DNA from: Puccinia triticina
Taxonomy: Eukaryota
NCBI GenBank assembly: GCA_026914245.1
Contig: CP110440.1
Location: 2,542,001 to 2,606,000 of the forward strand
Direction of reading: 5' to 3'
Length of the DNA: 64,000 nucleotides
Shown: piece after piece, positions 25,579-38,937 of the stretch
How positions within the stretch are numbered: the stretch's first letter is position 1
How the letters are laid out: each line of letters begins with the position of its first letter
The notes under the pieces: generated by a model
The model's input: only the letters and a program-made list of their open reading frames with translations
Database searches by the model: none
What the model was told of the DNA's origin: nothing
Program-made: the position numbers and the translations under genes

Positions 25579-28274
25579 CAAGGGACCCCATTGACCCCTT
25601 GCCAACTGTTGCCACTTTGCAGTTGGATTATCCTGTTTGGCGGAAGAGATGGCTGCTGAGGCCTGGCTTGGGTGGGATTTGCTTGTCGTATTCCCCCGTG
25701 CGCTAGGTTAATTTTTGAGATGGAGTTGGATTTACAACAGGGCAAGGGACCCCATTGACCCCTTGCCAGCTGCTGCCGTGGGAGTGGGCGAGTGTGTGTT
25801 TGTGGGCGCGGCGGGCGGGCTCGGTGGGCGTGGGCTGTTGGCAGAGGGGGATCACGGAGGAGGAGCGCAAGTGTGCAGCTCTGATGATGGGGGTGTGTTG
25901 GTTGCTGACCTTCTTGAACAATGTGGGTGATTATCGTGGGAGGGGAATTTTGAGCTCGGGGTTTGTGATGGTCAGCAGATTGGTCTGGGGGGTGGGCAAA
26001 GCCGAGCTACTGCTGCTGTTGTTGTTGGTAGTGCTGCTACGGTTGGTGTTCATTGGATGGTGGGAGGGGATGGAAGCCAAGAGGAGGGCTAGATCGAGGG
26101 CGTAGGTGGGCAAGTGCTCGGCTGGCGGCCGAATGGCAGGGCGAAGTGGCTTGGCGCAGTCTTGGTGGCAGGGGGCACGCTGAGGCATCCAATGAGCTGC
26201 ACTCTTTAGCGGAACAAAAGCTAGAGAGGAACTTACTCTGAAGAGGGGGTTCGCCAACACTAGCGCGTTGGGTTGCAAAGCTGACGGTGGTCAACGTTAT
26301 GAGCTGGCGTGATCCCGATTTCCAGAAAGAAAAAAAAGTAGAGATGAGGACAGACAAGGGAGATTGTAGATCGAGCAACACTTGAGTTCGGGTAGCCATC
26401 GGGCACGTCTTGTCTCGGCGTCAGAGGGTGCATCAAGTTGAGAGGCAGGAGGCCGCTGAGGAGAGGGGACAATGTGGCTTGTGAGTGCCTGAGCAAAAGC
26501 CTCGAAGGAGATCTCACAACGGTCCCAGCCGAGCTGAACGATTGATTGGGGTAGCACTCACAACGGTCCCAGCCGAGCTGAACGATTGATTTCGAAGGAG
26601 ATCTCACAACGGTCCCAGCCGAGCTGAACAATTGATTCAGCAAATGAGAGCTTTTTAAGATTGCTCAGGGTCGACGAAGTCTTGAAGATGTGGTCCAACA
26701 GGCCCGGGTTCAATTCGGGGCGGCCATCTTACTTGGGGTAAACCCACTCTCCCCATCGATCGCCCACCTCGAGCGTCAAGGATTCCAAGGCCGGGCTGAT
26801 GCATTCCGTGAGGATTCGGTATAGGCCAGGCCGTTGAAGCGAATTGGCCGGATTGCAGAGCTGGAGCGTGCGCAGGCTGGCAGGATAGCCGTTCAGGATC
26901 ATGCGCAGGTCGTGCTCGCTCATCCTCAGGTCGTTCAAGACAATTGCTCTCAGGGCACACATCTTTTGAGTCGCCGATTGCAACGATCGGCGCATCCGGC
27001 GACTAGCAGAGATTGAGGAATGAGAGTATCGAGTCGTTTTCGACCGTCCGGATCGGTTTGGATCCCTCTATACATGCCGAGCCGGTAGTACATCGGTCAA
27101 TGGGGGAAGGCTGGAATGGCCCTTTAATTCGGCGGATGCCTTGCCGTCTGATCTAGAGATGAACGCCCGGGGTATGGTTGGAGGATGGTGTCCATGGCTG
27201 TTAGTGGGGCTTGATCTGATGGTGGGAAAAGTAGGGGCAGCTTACAGTCAGCTTGCTCTGGGTTCCATATTCGTATCCCCTCGTCCTTCGATCCGCTCGC
27301 CAGTTTCCCTCCGTCGACCGACCAGCCGAGGGTGAAGACACTACAGCGGACAGGGGTGGGTTCCTAGGGTGCGGCCACGGCTCAACGCAGAGAGAGACTC
27401 ACGGCCCGGTGTGGCCGGGGAGCAGTCGAGTGGTGGGTGGTTTGAGAGCCATCGGCGTGGTTTCCATTCGGAGGGCAAGATGCACGAGTCCGGGGGTTGT
27501 TGAAGTTTGCGTGTATTTTTTCGCAGCCAAGCTGTTGCCCAATCCCCGATTCCCCTCCGCCAGATCTCCACCAACACGATCGATCCCAACAAATCTCAGC
27601 CACCAGCCATCAACATTTCAAGATGGCACCAGAAAAAAGTGTGTAGCATCATTGGATTTACTCACTTGCAGCTTCTTGACCCTTACTAACAATCATTTTC
27701 TTTTCCTTTACCCACAGACTTCGGAATCAACAATCGTTCCCCTCCTCAAGATCGTTTCCACCGCGCTCACTTGCCTGTTCGGGGTCGATTTGCTAGGCAA
27801 GTCCTCTCTTCCTCAAAATGCTTTATGACATTTTGTTTCAACTGTTCATAACTGCATGTTTTGTATTTGTTTATTAAGTTTGCCCCCCCTAATGATGGGA
27901 ATTACATTCGACCTGGAAAGCCCAAGGCTCTGTTCCGATCATACACGACCAACTCTTCACAGTATCGCTCCATGGATTTTTCTCATCAGCCCCGCTCACC
28001 TGCTCGTGCATCCTTCCACCCGGCTCGAAATGCTTCACCTTATCCGGTTCTCCCTCTTAGGCACTCTCGCTCGCCCACTTACAATCAACATAAACCGGAT
28101 TTTCCAAACATTCGTGGTTGCTACACTCGCCCTTGTCCTCCTGGCCAACCTAACGTTCCGTCAAGCAAATCCAACTGTGTGCAACCAAGGGGTCAATGGG
28201 GTCCCTTGGAAGTCACTTATTCCAGTCGAAACCAAGCAACTGGTGAACAACCAAGGGGTCAATGGGGTCCCTTG
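25579..28274. repeat. Four copies of a 23-bp quasi-palindrome CAAGGGGTCAATGGGGTCCCTTG
   Basis: Minus-strand copies at 25579-25601 and 25743-25765; plus-strand copies at 28186-28208 and 28252-28274. Confidence 0.9.
26501..26637 (+). repeat. Short tandem repeat, 3 copies of ctcacaacggtcccagccgagctgaacgattgatt
   Basis: Read directly. Confidence 0.85.
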
Positions 28275-28795
28275 GAAGTCACATATTCTACCGATAACCG
28301 TACAAATACTTCTGTAGAAGAAAATTGTCAGCTTACTGAAAGACAAAAACGAAACCTCAAGATTTTCCCTCGAATCCGCAACCCCTACTTGACTGAATCA
28401 GCCAATCAGGCAGTCAAACCCTTTGTCCTACAGCTCAACCATAATGCAAAAAATAAATATGTAATAAAACCCTCAAAGCTTTCCTCTTGTCGACTTATTG
28501 CTACCAACAACACTGGATCGCAAACCCTTTTCCTCCTTCAGTTTCATCCGATTAACCCTTCAGATCCAGACGAAAAATATGTTTCCGAAAAGCTTGGAAA
28601 TATAATTTCAGACACGTTTTTCATGACGAATAACCGACAGGACTTGCATCCCAAAACAATGTGTAGCGGTGTTATGAGGGGGGTTGGTTTTTGACCCGGT
28701 TCTGATGAAGGGTCAACTGCAGGTAAGATTTGATACTTAGATTTAACCATACAAATGTGTTCTCTGATTCATTTTTTGACATATGCAGGCACATA
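27623..28795 (+). pseudogene. 5' part of a TET/JBP-like 2OG-Fe(II) dioxygenase gene, split by the large transposon
   Basis: ORF 27861-28694 ends LFLLQFHP...SGVMRGVGF*PGSDEGSTA (TGA probably from CGA). An intron at ~28723-28788 is followed by GGC ACA TA, which continues in frame at 49393 as GTYARRRDL. Start at 27623 is tentative. Confidence 0.75.
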
Positions 28796-28838
28796 CACCA
28801 GGGGGGAATGTGTGGCACTCTCTACAGAGTGCCATACT
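28796..28838 (+). repeat. Left TIR, with internal hairpin tggcactct...agagtgcca
   Basis: Reverse complement of 49347-49389. Confidence 0.95.
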
Positions 28839-29830
28839 GTAATTCCATCAGACCCAGGTACTGAAGTGATGTTGATGTTGAAGTCAAATGATCTGTAACT
28901 TTCGCAGCAACGGGAAGATAACTATTGCGTAAACTATAATCAACTCCTTTGTTGATCTGTTCATGAATGGGTGATCAGGTGCCAGGGTTGTTTGTTCACA
29001 AGCCATGGAAATGGGTCTTTCTGCACAATGATGTAAGAACTTTGGTACCAACTTGGGAAGCAGGTATGATTTGTCTTGTAGGGTGACTAAACCACTCAAG
29101 TGTCACCGAATCTCGCACAAAGATACAGCAGAGAGAATAGCACATATTGGTTGATGAACCAATCTTGTATTTGTGCACGGGCTCTTATGTTGGTGGGTCC
29201 AAATCATCCCTGCCTGTTGGAGGGAAGACGCTTAAGATCACCTTAAGTTGGGAGCTTGAAAAGTTTTGCTTGAAAGTCTCAACATGTAGGCAGCCATTCC
29301 TGCCCGATATGAGCTTCAAAATACCGTGCCGGCGTGCTCATCTGTAGTAGGCTGCGACTATGTTGTGGAGAGATGTATTCATGGGAGACGACAAGCTTAA
29401 ATGGAAAATTATGCTCCCAAGTCTTGAGACTTGTTGCGGGGCATATCATGCGATTGCTGGACTCCGCACCATCCGTCCAGGGGGAATGGCCACGAACAAG
29501 CTGTTTTGTGATGAGAAACAAGCAACTGGCCTTGATGGCAGGATCAATGCAACATGACGTGTTGCGTCCTGAGGGCATACCGCAACTGGATGATTGGCGA
29601 GCTACCATGTAGATTCTACATGCTGGGGATGTCCGGCTTGTTTGGTACCATATCACCCAAACAACACAAAGGCGAAAGAGTCACTCCCATATGTAACGAA
29701 GACCACAGCCTTGTGGGTTGTTTTAAGGCTGTGTCTCGAAATTTCGCAGGGACAGAAACCAACAACCCATGTACGTGCCTCCGCTCAATGAGAGGATGAA
29801 CACTGCTGACACGTCGTTCCCCCTTCCAGC

Positions 29831-32175
29831 ATGGCTAGCACATATTGTCTTGGTCTATTTATCATCCCAATTGCTATCTCAGATCGGACTTGGATCAGTG
29901 AAGACGCACAGGTTGCCTTTCTTCAACGAGGCCGCCAGCGAATCCATGTCTATTGCCCCCCCGAGCGGAGAATCAGTGATCTGGACCGAATGGCAAGTGA
30001 ACACCTCGGCCCGTTGTTAGGGCCAATTGGCTCCTGTTCGACTCCAGTTGCCGGAGAAATCCAGCCTCCCAATTTCAGCATCATCAAGTTGCGTGCCTTT
30101 GTAGTGACCAAACATCGAATCCAACCCGAGCTACGGGGATGTGTCTTCAGTCGATCTGAGCATGTCCCGCAAGTCCGATTGGCGTTTGAGGGTGCCGGGG
30201 TCGAGCTCACACCTATATGGAACTACAATCCTAGTCTATTCTTTGATATACCCCACTATGTGCCTGAAAGTGCTGAAGAGAACATCTCTGAGGACCATTG
30301 GCTTTCGACATCGCGGAGGCTATGTACAACTGTGTTGAAACCACATCAGCTAACTGCACTCAGATTCCTCCGGAAGAACGAAGACTCTGGAAACAACCTG
30401 ACCTCCCTGTGGGATCATCCTGTCAATGCTTGGCTTCGCACAGCTTTCAACAGGTCTGCCGAGGACAAGAAAGAAGACTCGAGCAAGGCGCAAGGATCAA
30501 TACTCGCTGATGACATGGGTTTAGGCAAAACCTTGACAACACTAGCCTATATCGCGGCTACTGGTGATTCAGCAGTAGAATTTCTGTGGTCGGAATGGAC
30601 GGACCGATCGGCGGCAACCCTGGTGATTTGCCCCCTTGCAACACTTTCGAATTGGGAGACTGAAATCAAGATCCACTTCAAAAATGACGCAATACCCTAC
30701 CTAGTATTCCACGGCCGGGACCGAGCACAAATAAGCAGACAAGACTTGCAGTCGACTAGGGTGGTGTTGACGACCTACGAAATGATCGGCGATAGTAGGA
30801 ATCGGTTACATTCAAACCAGCCAACAGTTGAATCTCTGGACCTCTGTTGGTTCCGCATTGTTTTGGACGAAGCACAGTGAGTCAGATACGCTGACCGTAA
30901 TGTCACCTTCATCTTACCTAATTGTTGCTCCAATGATTGCAGCCTGATCAGGAACCCCAATGCAAAACGGCACCAGTACATTCGCGAGCTGCGTTCTAAG
31001 TTCTTCCTATGTTTAACCGGAACACCAGTGCAAAACCGACTCACCGACCTCCAAAGCTTGATCACGTTGTTCAACATCCCTCCATGGAGTGAAAACGAGC
31101 TGTGGAGGCAACATCTAGTTCCACATTTGAGTGTCGGGGAACCAAACGCGATAAGAACACTCACTAAACTAATGGAAGCCATCTGCCTGAGGAGGACCAA
31201 AGATGTAGTGTTGAATCTTCCACCTAAGGTTGAGAAGGGCATCATGGTACAGCAGGTGTCGCAGTGGGAGGAAGTTTCTCGAGAGTTGCATCAACGGTTT
31301 ATAAATGATTTTGGCAGGCTGCGGTTGTCAGGAGCGCATTGGGATCCGGCCGAGTTTTTCCGACAGCTAACTCGGCTTCGTCAGTCCTGCAACCATCCAA
31401 TCTTTGCTCGATCACAGATACTCACTGAACCAATCTGGCGATGGCAAGATTCAGGCAAGATTGTACATCTGGTCAACAACCTGTCCCAGTTTCTAAGCGG
31501 AGTCGAAGGTATTCCGCGGACCAAGGCCGTCATATTCTCAAGTTTTGTTGAATTTCTAGAAATGTGTGTAGATTTCACAACATTCAACCTTTTCTTTCTC
31601 ATGCTGATGCAATTTTCCAGCATCAACCGAGCTCTCACAGAAAACGACATTGCCTGTGCTCGGCTAACTGGTGGATTCACCCTGCAGAAGCGTGACGAGC
31701 AACTTCACCAATTTCGAAACAACAACCAGTGCAACGTTCTTCTGGCGTCATTGCAGGCCGCAGGGGTAGGTATAGATTTACGGTGTGCACAAAATGTTTA
31801 CATGATGGTACCAAGCAATCTTCATTTTTGTTATCAAGGGAAAGAGCCAACACTTACAACTGCTTGACTCCGCAGGAACCCAGCTGGAATCCTGCGAGTG
31901 AGATGCAAGCCATTGACCGACTCTACAGATTAGGACAAGTCCATCCTGTCCATGTGTACCGATACTATGTACAAGGGACTTTGGAGGTAAACATATATCA
32001 AGTACAGAGGAGGAAGGCGGAATTGGCTATGTGAGTGAAACTCCTGCAATCATGCTGTCTGAAGAGGATCCTGACGAGTGGTTGGCCTTGATGCGAGTGT
32101 AGGCTGAGTGTGCCATCTGTAGGAAACGAGACATATGAGTGTGCTCAGTTACTTATGGGCAACCTGTCAGGTTGA
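29831..32175 (+). CDS. SNF2/SWI2-family ATPase (Rad5/Rad16-like, no RING seen), transposon cargo
   Basis: Exons approx. 29831-30877, 30943-31563, 31621-31807, 31876-32030, 32103-32175. Motifs ILADDMGLGKT, TLVICP, RIVLDEA(H), LTGTPVQN, LRRTK, LRQSCNHP, VIFSSF, SLQAAGVGIDL, WNPASEMQAIDRLYRLGQ. Confidence 0.93.
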
Positions 32176-32216
32176 TGTACAAACAAGTCAACCACGGAGC
32201 AATGAGAATTCACCTT

Positions 32217-33325
32217 TCAGCCGAGTGCGCTATCAAAATCTACAGAAGCCTGGGGGTTGAGCAGTTGGATTTCTGAAACCGACAGGGTGAGCATGTAAGA
32301 TTGTGCATAGCAGTTGACTGGGAGGCTCCGTGGGACATCGTTGATTGGAACCACAGGAGGAGAGGCGGGATCCGTTCTTCGAGATTCCAGATTGTATTGG
32401 TCTACAAATCGCCGACCTTTGGTAATTGTCTTCTTACGTGTGTAAATGTGATCCAACTTCTGGGCGAATTGTGCAAATTCAGCAGACCTCCACGACAGGG
32501 GCAACTTGAGCAGAGTTCTAGGAGGAATCTTCTCGGTGTCAGAGGTGGCTTTGATACTGTCAAAGAGTGTAGCCAGTCGAGGTGGCAGATTGAGTTTGGA
32601 GAGTGTTTCTTGACGATGAGCCTGAACCTGTAATGCAGTTGAAGTGCATGAATACAATGGCGGTTCAGAGGGAGCACAGGTAGTGAATAAGTGCATACCT
32701 GCCTGCGGAATTTTGTTCTTCTTTGCGATTCCTTTTTCTTCACAACCTTGTCCTTGGAAAAACGACCTAATCGAAGCCCATCTTGCCGACCAAGAAACCA
32801 TCGATGGAGGAGGCCACGCGGAATGGAGTTGTCGCTCGCCTCGGCAGGATCGATGAAAAAGACTTTGAAAGCACCTATCTCATAGGCATGCTTCCAATGT
32901 TTCAATACAAACTTTGCGAAGAGCTGGTTCCAGTGAGAATCCCAGGAATGATCCCAGGCAAAGGTGTTACCGGGGAAGTTTGAGGTGGCGAGGTCCTGCA
33001 GAAAAAGAGCTCGGTAGACAGGGGGGACATTCTCCGACTTGAGCTGAAGGGCTTCGGCTGGAATGGCGTCTATCGGATGCAGAAGGATCGAGTCGGGTAG
33101 ATTTGAACCAACGTGAAAGTTGTCCGCGGCTGGAGCTATCCTCCAGTCATCAGGAGCGGCTTTCTTGGGTGTGCTGACCAAGTTGAGTAAGGTTCTGATG
33201 AAGGCGGATATGCTGCGAGCGCAGGATGAATTGGAGTCTGGGAGGAGGGTTGAGTATATCTTATTTTTCCCGGCGGCCGTCGATGGTGGTTTGCCAGACG
33301 CAAATAGGATTGTAGGGGATGACAT
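32217..33325 (-). CDS. Unknown 'WRS...LPxxCY' protein, paralog 1 (transposon accessory)
   Basis: Two exons (intron ~32628-32698); FAWDHSWDSHWN, LPLSWRSAEF...LD, PRSLPVNCY. Confidence 0.75.
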
Positions 33326-33572
33326 TGCGGGAAGCCGCCACAAGCAGGCACACGCAGGAGGGGGGAATGATAAGCTGGGCCATTCGATGGATGGAGCTAT
33401 ATGTATTCCAGGATCAAACTTGTTGTAGCTGAGACAAAGGGTTCTCATTGACAAACAACGACAAGGGGAGGGACAGGCAGCCCCGGGGGCGAACAAAGGG
33501 AGCTCCTTGGCCCAAACAGAGCTCAACGGAGTATGAGAGGCGCTCTATTTGTGGTTGTAGCTTGGGGCATGA

Positions 33573-33610
33573 TGTCCACCCTGACGTTCGCGCGAACGTC
33601 AGGGTGGACA
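33573..33610. repeat. Perfect 38-bp palindrome, copy 1
   Basis: TGTCCACCCTGACGTTCGC|GCGAACGTCAGGGTGGACA. Confidence 0.98.
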
Positions 33611-34344
33611 TTTTCGTCCACCCACAGTGGCGCAAGCAGGGGCGTTTGAAGCTGGAGTCTCGGAGCAATGCGGGCATTGCTCGGTTGCTACGCTGTTGAA
33701 CGACCGCTCCTGACCTCCCACAGGACAGTCTAATGGCAACCTCCACCCCGTCCTGCGAAGACATGAAACTTGCACTGTCATCCCAAGAGTGCGGCCACCG
33801 AAAGCCCTAACTCATGGTAGAGCTCAAGTGAAATGCTGGTACGGATTGTCCTTGCGATAAGCCGGTATTCCACCGAGCTCCTGTTGCCACAGCAGGATGA
33901 AACCTTCAAGTAGCCGCGGAGGTATCTTGAGGTTCCATTGCAAACAATTCAAGCCCTACTAACATGTCGGGCAAGTTTCCAGTTTGGAACCTTGTGCCGA
34001 TCTGAATTTCCGCTCCCTGATATCCCTATAACTGCATGGCAGCAACTGGAACCATGAGAAGATACAAAGAGATCCAATGTGAAAGGAAGGCCGGGCATTT
34101 AAGCAGACTGTCGCACTACTAGAGAAGGGCCTTGTCACTGCCGGAGGGCACGGCACCCTGGGGAATGCGGCACAATCTTCTTTTCACTAATTCTCAAATA
34201 TCACATGTCAGCATCAGTGGCTAGGATGAAGGAATTGGGTTCAGAGTACACGTACACAGAGGATCAGAAACTCATGGCCCCAGGTCCACTGGACGAAGAT
34301 CCTTGCTCGTCCCGTGCAGTGTCAGGGCTGCGTTCTTGAGCCTC

Positions 34345-34710
34345 GTCATACAGGATCGGACCTGCCAATGCACAAGGAGGGTTTGTCTATCTATCAGACC
34401 TCCAGCCCAACAGCGTCTGGAGTGAGGCATACTTACCTTTTCCAAGACGATTCCTGATGACATTCCAACTAGCGTAGACATTGGGAGTAGCCTTTTCTGG
34501 GATCTTCCTGTTAGCCGCCTCGCATATGAGCTGCCCCTGGAACCGGTACGCAAGATTCCAGTTGACCCAAAGTTGAGGTTCAGAATCTTCCTTGGGCTGT
34601 GATGTTGTTGGATCCACCTCCCGGTCGGTCATCTCTTGATCAATCAGCTGCTGCATCTCTTGTAGCCATTGCAATTGCGCATGAGTGAGTTGGACTCGAG
34701 TGGGTGGCAT
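34345..34710 (-). CDS. Small hypothetical protein (MPPTRVQLTHAQLQWLQEMQ...), probably two exons
   Basis: ORF 34387-34773 with ATG at 34710 and a GTAAGT donor near 34436. Confidence 0.45.
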
Positions 34711-35310
34711 TGTAGGACTAGTAACTATGGAGCTGAGGATGTGTTGGTGTCGTTGTGAATAAGACAACTGCAAGTTGGCGGAATGTTGACCTGCGGAATT
34801 TCAGGCAGAGGGGGATCCCAGTGATATATGTGCGCTTCGGTCTTCCGTCGCCAGTTATTTCAGTCATGCAGGCCCCGCTTCGGTCATGAAGACCATCAGT
34901 ATCTGCGCAAAGAACTGGGGCATTTAGAACGGACACGTCATTTTAGAATTTGCGTACTGCAGATTCTGCCGTGCCGGAAGATGACTCATGAAGACATGAG
35001 GCGGTCTCCGCCAGAATAGATATATGCAGCCATCGCCTATGGTATTGTTTGAGTGCTACTGGAATCACATGTTCCTAGTGTGTTTTGTGTGGCATCACCG
35101 GTTCCAAGAGAACATTCCAAGGTCACGCCTTCGTCGAAACACGTTCACCTTAGGAGGGCGTTAACTAGGCTCATGTTTCTCCTGTCTTCCAGACTATGAC
35201 TCTGCCACGGAGGAGACGGGGCAGCAGACACAACATAGACTTGACCTAATTCATTGAAAACATTTACCAGCTTCCAGTGGCAACTTTCTCACGTTCTCAA
35301 AGCCTCGAAC

Positions 35311-38300
35311 ATGTCCCAACGACCGAAGTACATTTGCCGCTGTGAGCACTTCGGCTGTAACAAGACACAACACGAGCAAGAAGGTGAAGGGATCGTTTGT
35401 GGCAGGGTTTTGTCCAAGCGTGTGTTCGAACAACATCAGAAGAAATTACCCAATAATGCACAGCACGCTGGCGCACCAGCAGCAGGATTGCTTGCCTCGA
35501 CGTTGCATGTAGGTGATCTTGTCCCCCTGTTCACTATTTCATCAAACAACTGGCTGAGGGCACTGATAAGCATTGGTAGAATGTGGCCAGTAGCTCCACA
35601 GCCGTTGCGGAGGTTAACACCAAATCAAGGCCCGGTCTCCTTGAAGAAGATTACTGCCGGCAAGTCATGCTCCAACTCGCAAGCGCCATATTTACCCATA
35701 AGCTTAGTAAAGCTGGAGCAGTAGATTTCTTGAAAGCCGCACGATCGAATGTGTTACTTCTCGGCAGCATTTGGAACAACAATAACCAGACTGCTATTGA
35801 CCCAACCCCCATCATTCAGCAAATTCCGAAGACCCAGGAGGCCGTTTTTCATCGTCTCGGCCTAAATCCCGACTCAACAACCCGGATCTGTTGCAGAAAG
35901 TGTTTTGCCCTCTACGTGATCGAATCAGGGCGCCCAAACAAGCCGCAAAAATGCACCCAGCCGTTTCTCTCCAAAAGGCAAGGATATTGCAAGTGGGCTA
36001 AAGCGCAGGAGATTGACCCAAAATGTGACGAAGACCTCTTCCAGGTGGTCGCAAAAAACCAGCTGATCCCTGTTCGCACGTTCACGTATGTCTCTTTGAA
36101 GTCGTGGTTGCAGGGGCGCCTTCTCCAACCCCCCTTTGAAACCCTTCTAGAATCGAGTCTGGTATCTACCACTTGGACCGACGACCAGCCAATGGAAGAT
36201 GTGTGGCATGGCTCTGTCTGGCGAGAATTCCCAAATGCCGATGATGGTACCGGGATCTACACACAGGCTTCGGGAAACCTCGTCTTCAGTCTCTATCTGG
36301 ACTGGTTCAATGCCGAAGGTAGCTCGAATCTGGGCAAGCACAACTCTGTGGGAGCAATTACTATGGTTTGCTTGAATCTACCTGCAACGTCTCGTTACAA
36401 AGTGGAAAACATCTTTCTTTTCGGTGTTATTCCCGGGCCAACAGAGCCCAAACTCGAACAGCTGAACCATGTCTTGCAGCCTTTGGTTGATGAGCTGAAT
36501 GAGTTTTGGAGAGGAGTTACCTATGAAGCAACAAGTCTGCATCCCACTGGGAGAACCATCCGAGTCGCGATCTTCCCATTGATTGCAGACCTTCCAGCCC
36601 TGCGGAAAACTGCTGGATTTGGTAGTCATGCGGCGAACCTTTTCTGTTCTTATTGTCTTTTACCTAAAACAAACTTGGAGGAGACGGATCCATCTAAGTT
36701 TCCGAGACGGACCAACGAGGAACACCTACGCCATGCCTCCGCATGGCTGACTCTTCAGAACGCAACTGAACGAAAGAAGTTCACCAAGACACACGGAGCA
36801 AGGTGGAGTGTGCTTAACGAATTACCCTACTGGCGACCAATCGATCACTGCTCAATCGAGTTGATGCACGCGCTAGTCCTTGGGGATCTCAAGGATCATA
36901 GCGTCAGATTCATGTCCTTGCCTTTGGCTGGCGCGCAACTCAAGTCCATGCAAGAAATAGATGAACAGTGGCAGAACGATGCGTCCTACAAAGAGCCTCC
37001 TTTCAATGAAGTATCCCGACCAACGGCAAGGCGCAAAGGGAAACGAAAACTTGAAGACCTTCAAGAGACTGTGGCCCCTGAGACTCGGGTCAAACGAAGA
37101 CGAGGCAATGTGAATCCCCCCATCACCACGGCCGATCAAGATCCATCGAGGTCAAGCTCTCACTCACAAGCAGGCTCCGGAGAGAAATCACAACCATCAT
37201 CCACGCACTCCTACGACCTACGGCGGCGCAAGCGAGCGCTTTACAGTGAAAGCGAGGATGAGTCATATGCTGAGTCGCAAGAGGATCGGGAGAGTGACTG
37301 TACAATCACCGGTCAACGCCGGACAACGGAACTACTTTCCCAACTGCAGGACAAGGATCAACCCCGGATCTTGCCTGAGGAACTCGATGTTATCCGCCGC
37401 ACCATTCTTCATACGGTGGTGCCCGCGTGGATTGATAGGGTGCCACGCAACTTGGGCTCGGCCAGCCATGGTTCCCTGAAGGGAGCAGAATGGCTGATTT
37501 TGTACAAGGTTTACTACACAATCGCTCTAATTCCGTTGTGGGTCAAAGCTTCTGAGAACGCAGGCACAGCGGAAAGCAAACATCGAATTTCCAAGCTGTT
37601 AGAGTCAACTACCACATTGAGTCACATCACCCACTTCCTTACACTACCCAAGATCAAACTGAACGACCTGGGAGAACTTGATGATATGATAATCCGCTAC
37701 CGGAAATTTCTTCAGCAAGGTTGGCCTGCAGAAGTGAGTAAGCCCAACTTACATCTCACCCAGCATTACCCGGATGTCATTAGGAGGTTTGGTCCACCAC
37801 GCTCAACAGCTGCATGGGCCCAAGAGCGGGTGAATGGGATGTTACAAAAGTTGCCTACAAATCATCATCCAGGTGAGATCGAGCTTTGCACCTTGTGCTG
37901 CCGTTCAGTGATGTGAATTGACTCTCTGTTCCACCCCATACGACAGATGAGCTACCAAAGACTTTGACGCACAAATGGCATATGCACTCGACATTCAAAG
38001 GCCTTCTTAATGGCGCAGCCAATGAACACCATTCGACGGAAGATGGCTCTGACAGGATACCAATGAACACAAGCTTGGATGAGCCTGTGTTTTTGAAGTG
38101 GAAGCGTGCGGTGTCTCGACAAGAGCGGTCCCAAGGGCAGTCGCGTGTTGTTCCTGAAAACCATCGGCTCACTTCTCTGGTCAATGTAGTACCCAGTATG
38201 TGTATCAACCGGAAGACGTTCACGTCGAGGGAGAATCACCATGGGAATTCTTTGGTTGAGTTCCACCTTGGTAATTGTCAGCGATTTGGGGAGATAGAGC

Positions 38301-38671
38301 GGATTTTCCTTTCAGACAACACACCCGGAAGAACTTGGGTGGTGGTCAAGCCGTTTCGAGAAGTACCCCGGGACGAAGATCCGTACAGAAATTATCCAGA
38401 CCTCAACTGTCGGCTGGTTCAGGCTAATTACGAGGCATTGGCTGTGATTGCGAGTGAAGAGATCATAGGTCATGTGGCATGTATGAAGAACCCTGCGGGA
38501 ACGTTTGGATTAACGAATGAAACAATCAGTGCGGTGGGACTAGGGTCTGCAGTAAGTAAATTTTGATTCGAAGGGGCAAAGCCGTGTTTGGTTGGAATGC
38601 TGAGCAGTCTGTTGGACCTTGTTTGGTTGATCTTGATTTAGGGATGGGAAAGCCTTGTGGACAATGCATGA
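35311..38671 (+). CDS. CACTA/En-Spm (Tnp2/Transposase_21-like) DDE transposase
   Basis: Exons approx. 35311-35508, 35580-37872, 37946-38551, 38642-38671. Motifs CCRKC, DVWHGSVW, SLYLDWFN, CLNLP...R...EN, IPGPTEP, ADLPALRK..GF.SH...FCSYC, WSVLNELPYW, IELMH..LG, PNLHL..HY...FGP....WAQERVNG. No stops seen. Confidence 0.9.
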
Positions 38672-38937
38672 ATGAGTGCATTGGCGGCATTGTCAAAGGG
38701 GATGGTTGCTTGGGTGCATTTGGGACAGACAGAAGGGGGATGAAGTGAGCGGCAAATGATGCGAGGTCCTCTCTCTCTGTACCTCCGTGCTTTAGCCTCA
38801 GGCAGAGTGGGGATCATTTCTGGAACATTTCATCAAGTCCGCTGTTATTCATCTTGTTGTCGCTCTGAGCTCTCCTCCTGCCTGATCAAGTTCGACTATT
38901 GAAACCTTGCCATCAATCCACTTCTGAAACGTCTACA

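Noticed and set aside
26655..26995. Leu-rich (LRR/F-box-like) fragment on the minus strand
   Set aside because: Short, with no resolvable gene structure; too weak to call.
35583..37916. KDZ (Kyakuja/Dileera/Zisupton) transposase, expected next to TET genes
   Set aside because: Motifs, CAC-starting TIRs and the 3-bp TSD fit a CACTA/Tnp2-type enzyme; the TET gene is the insertion target, not cargo.
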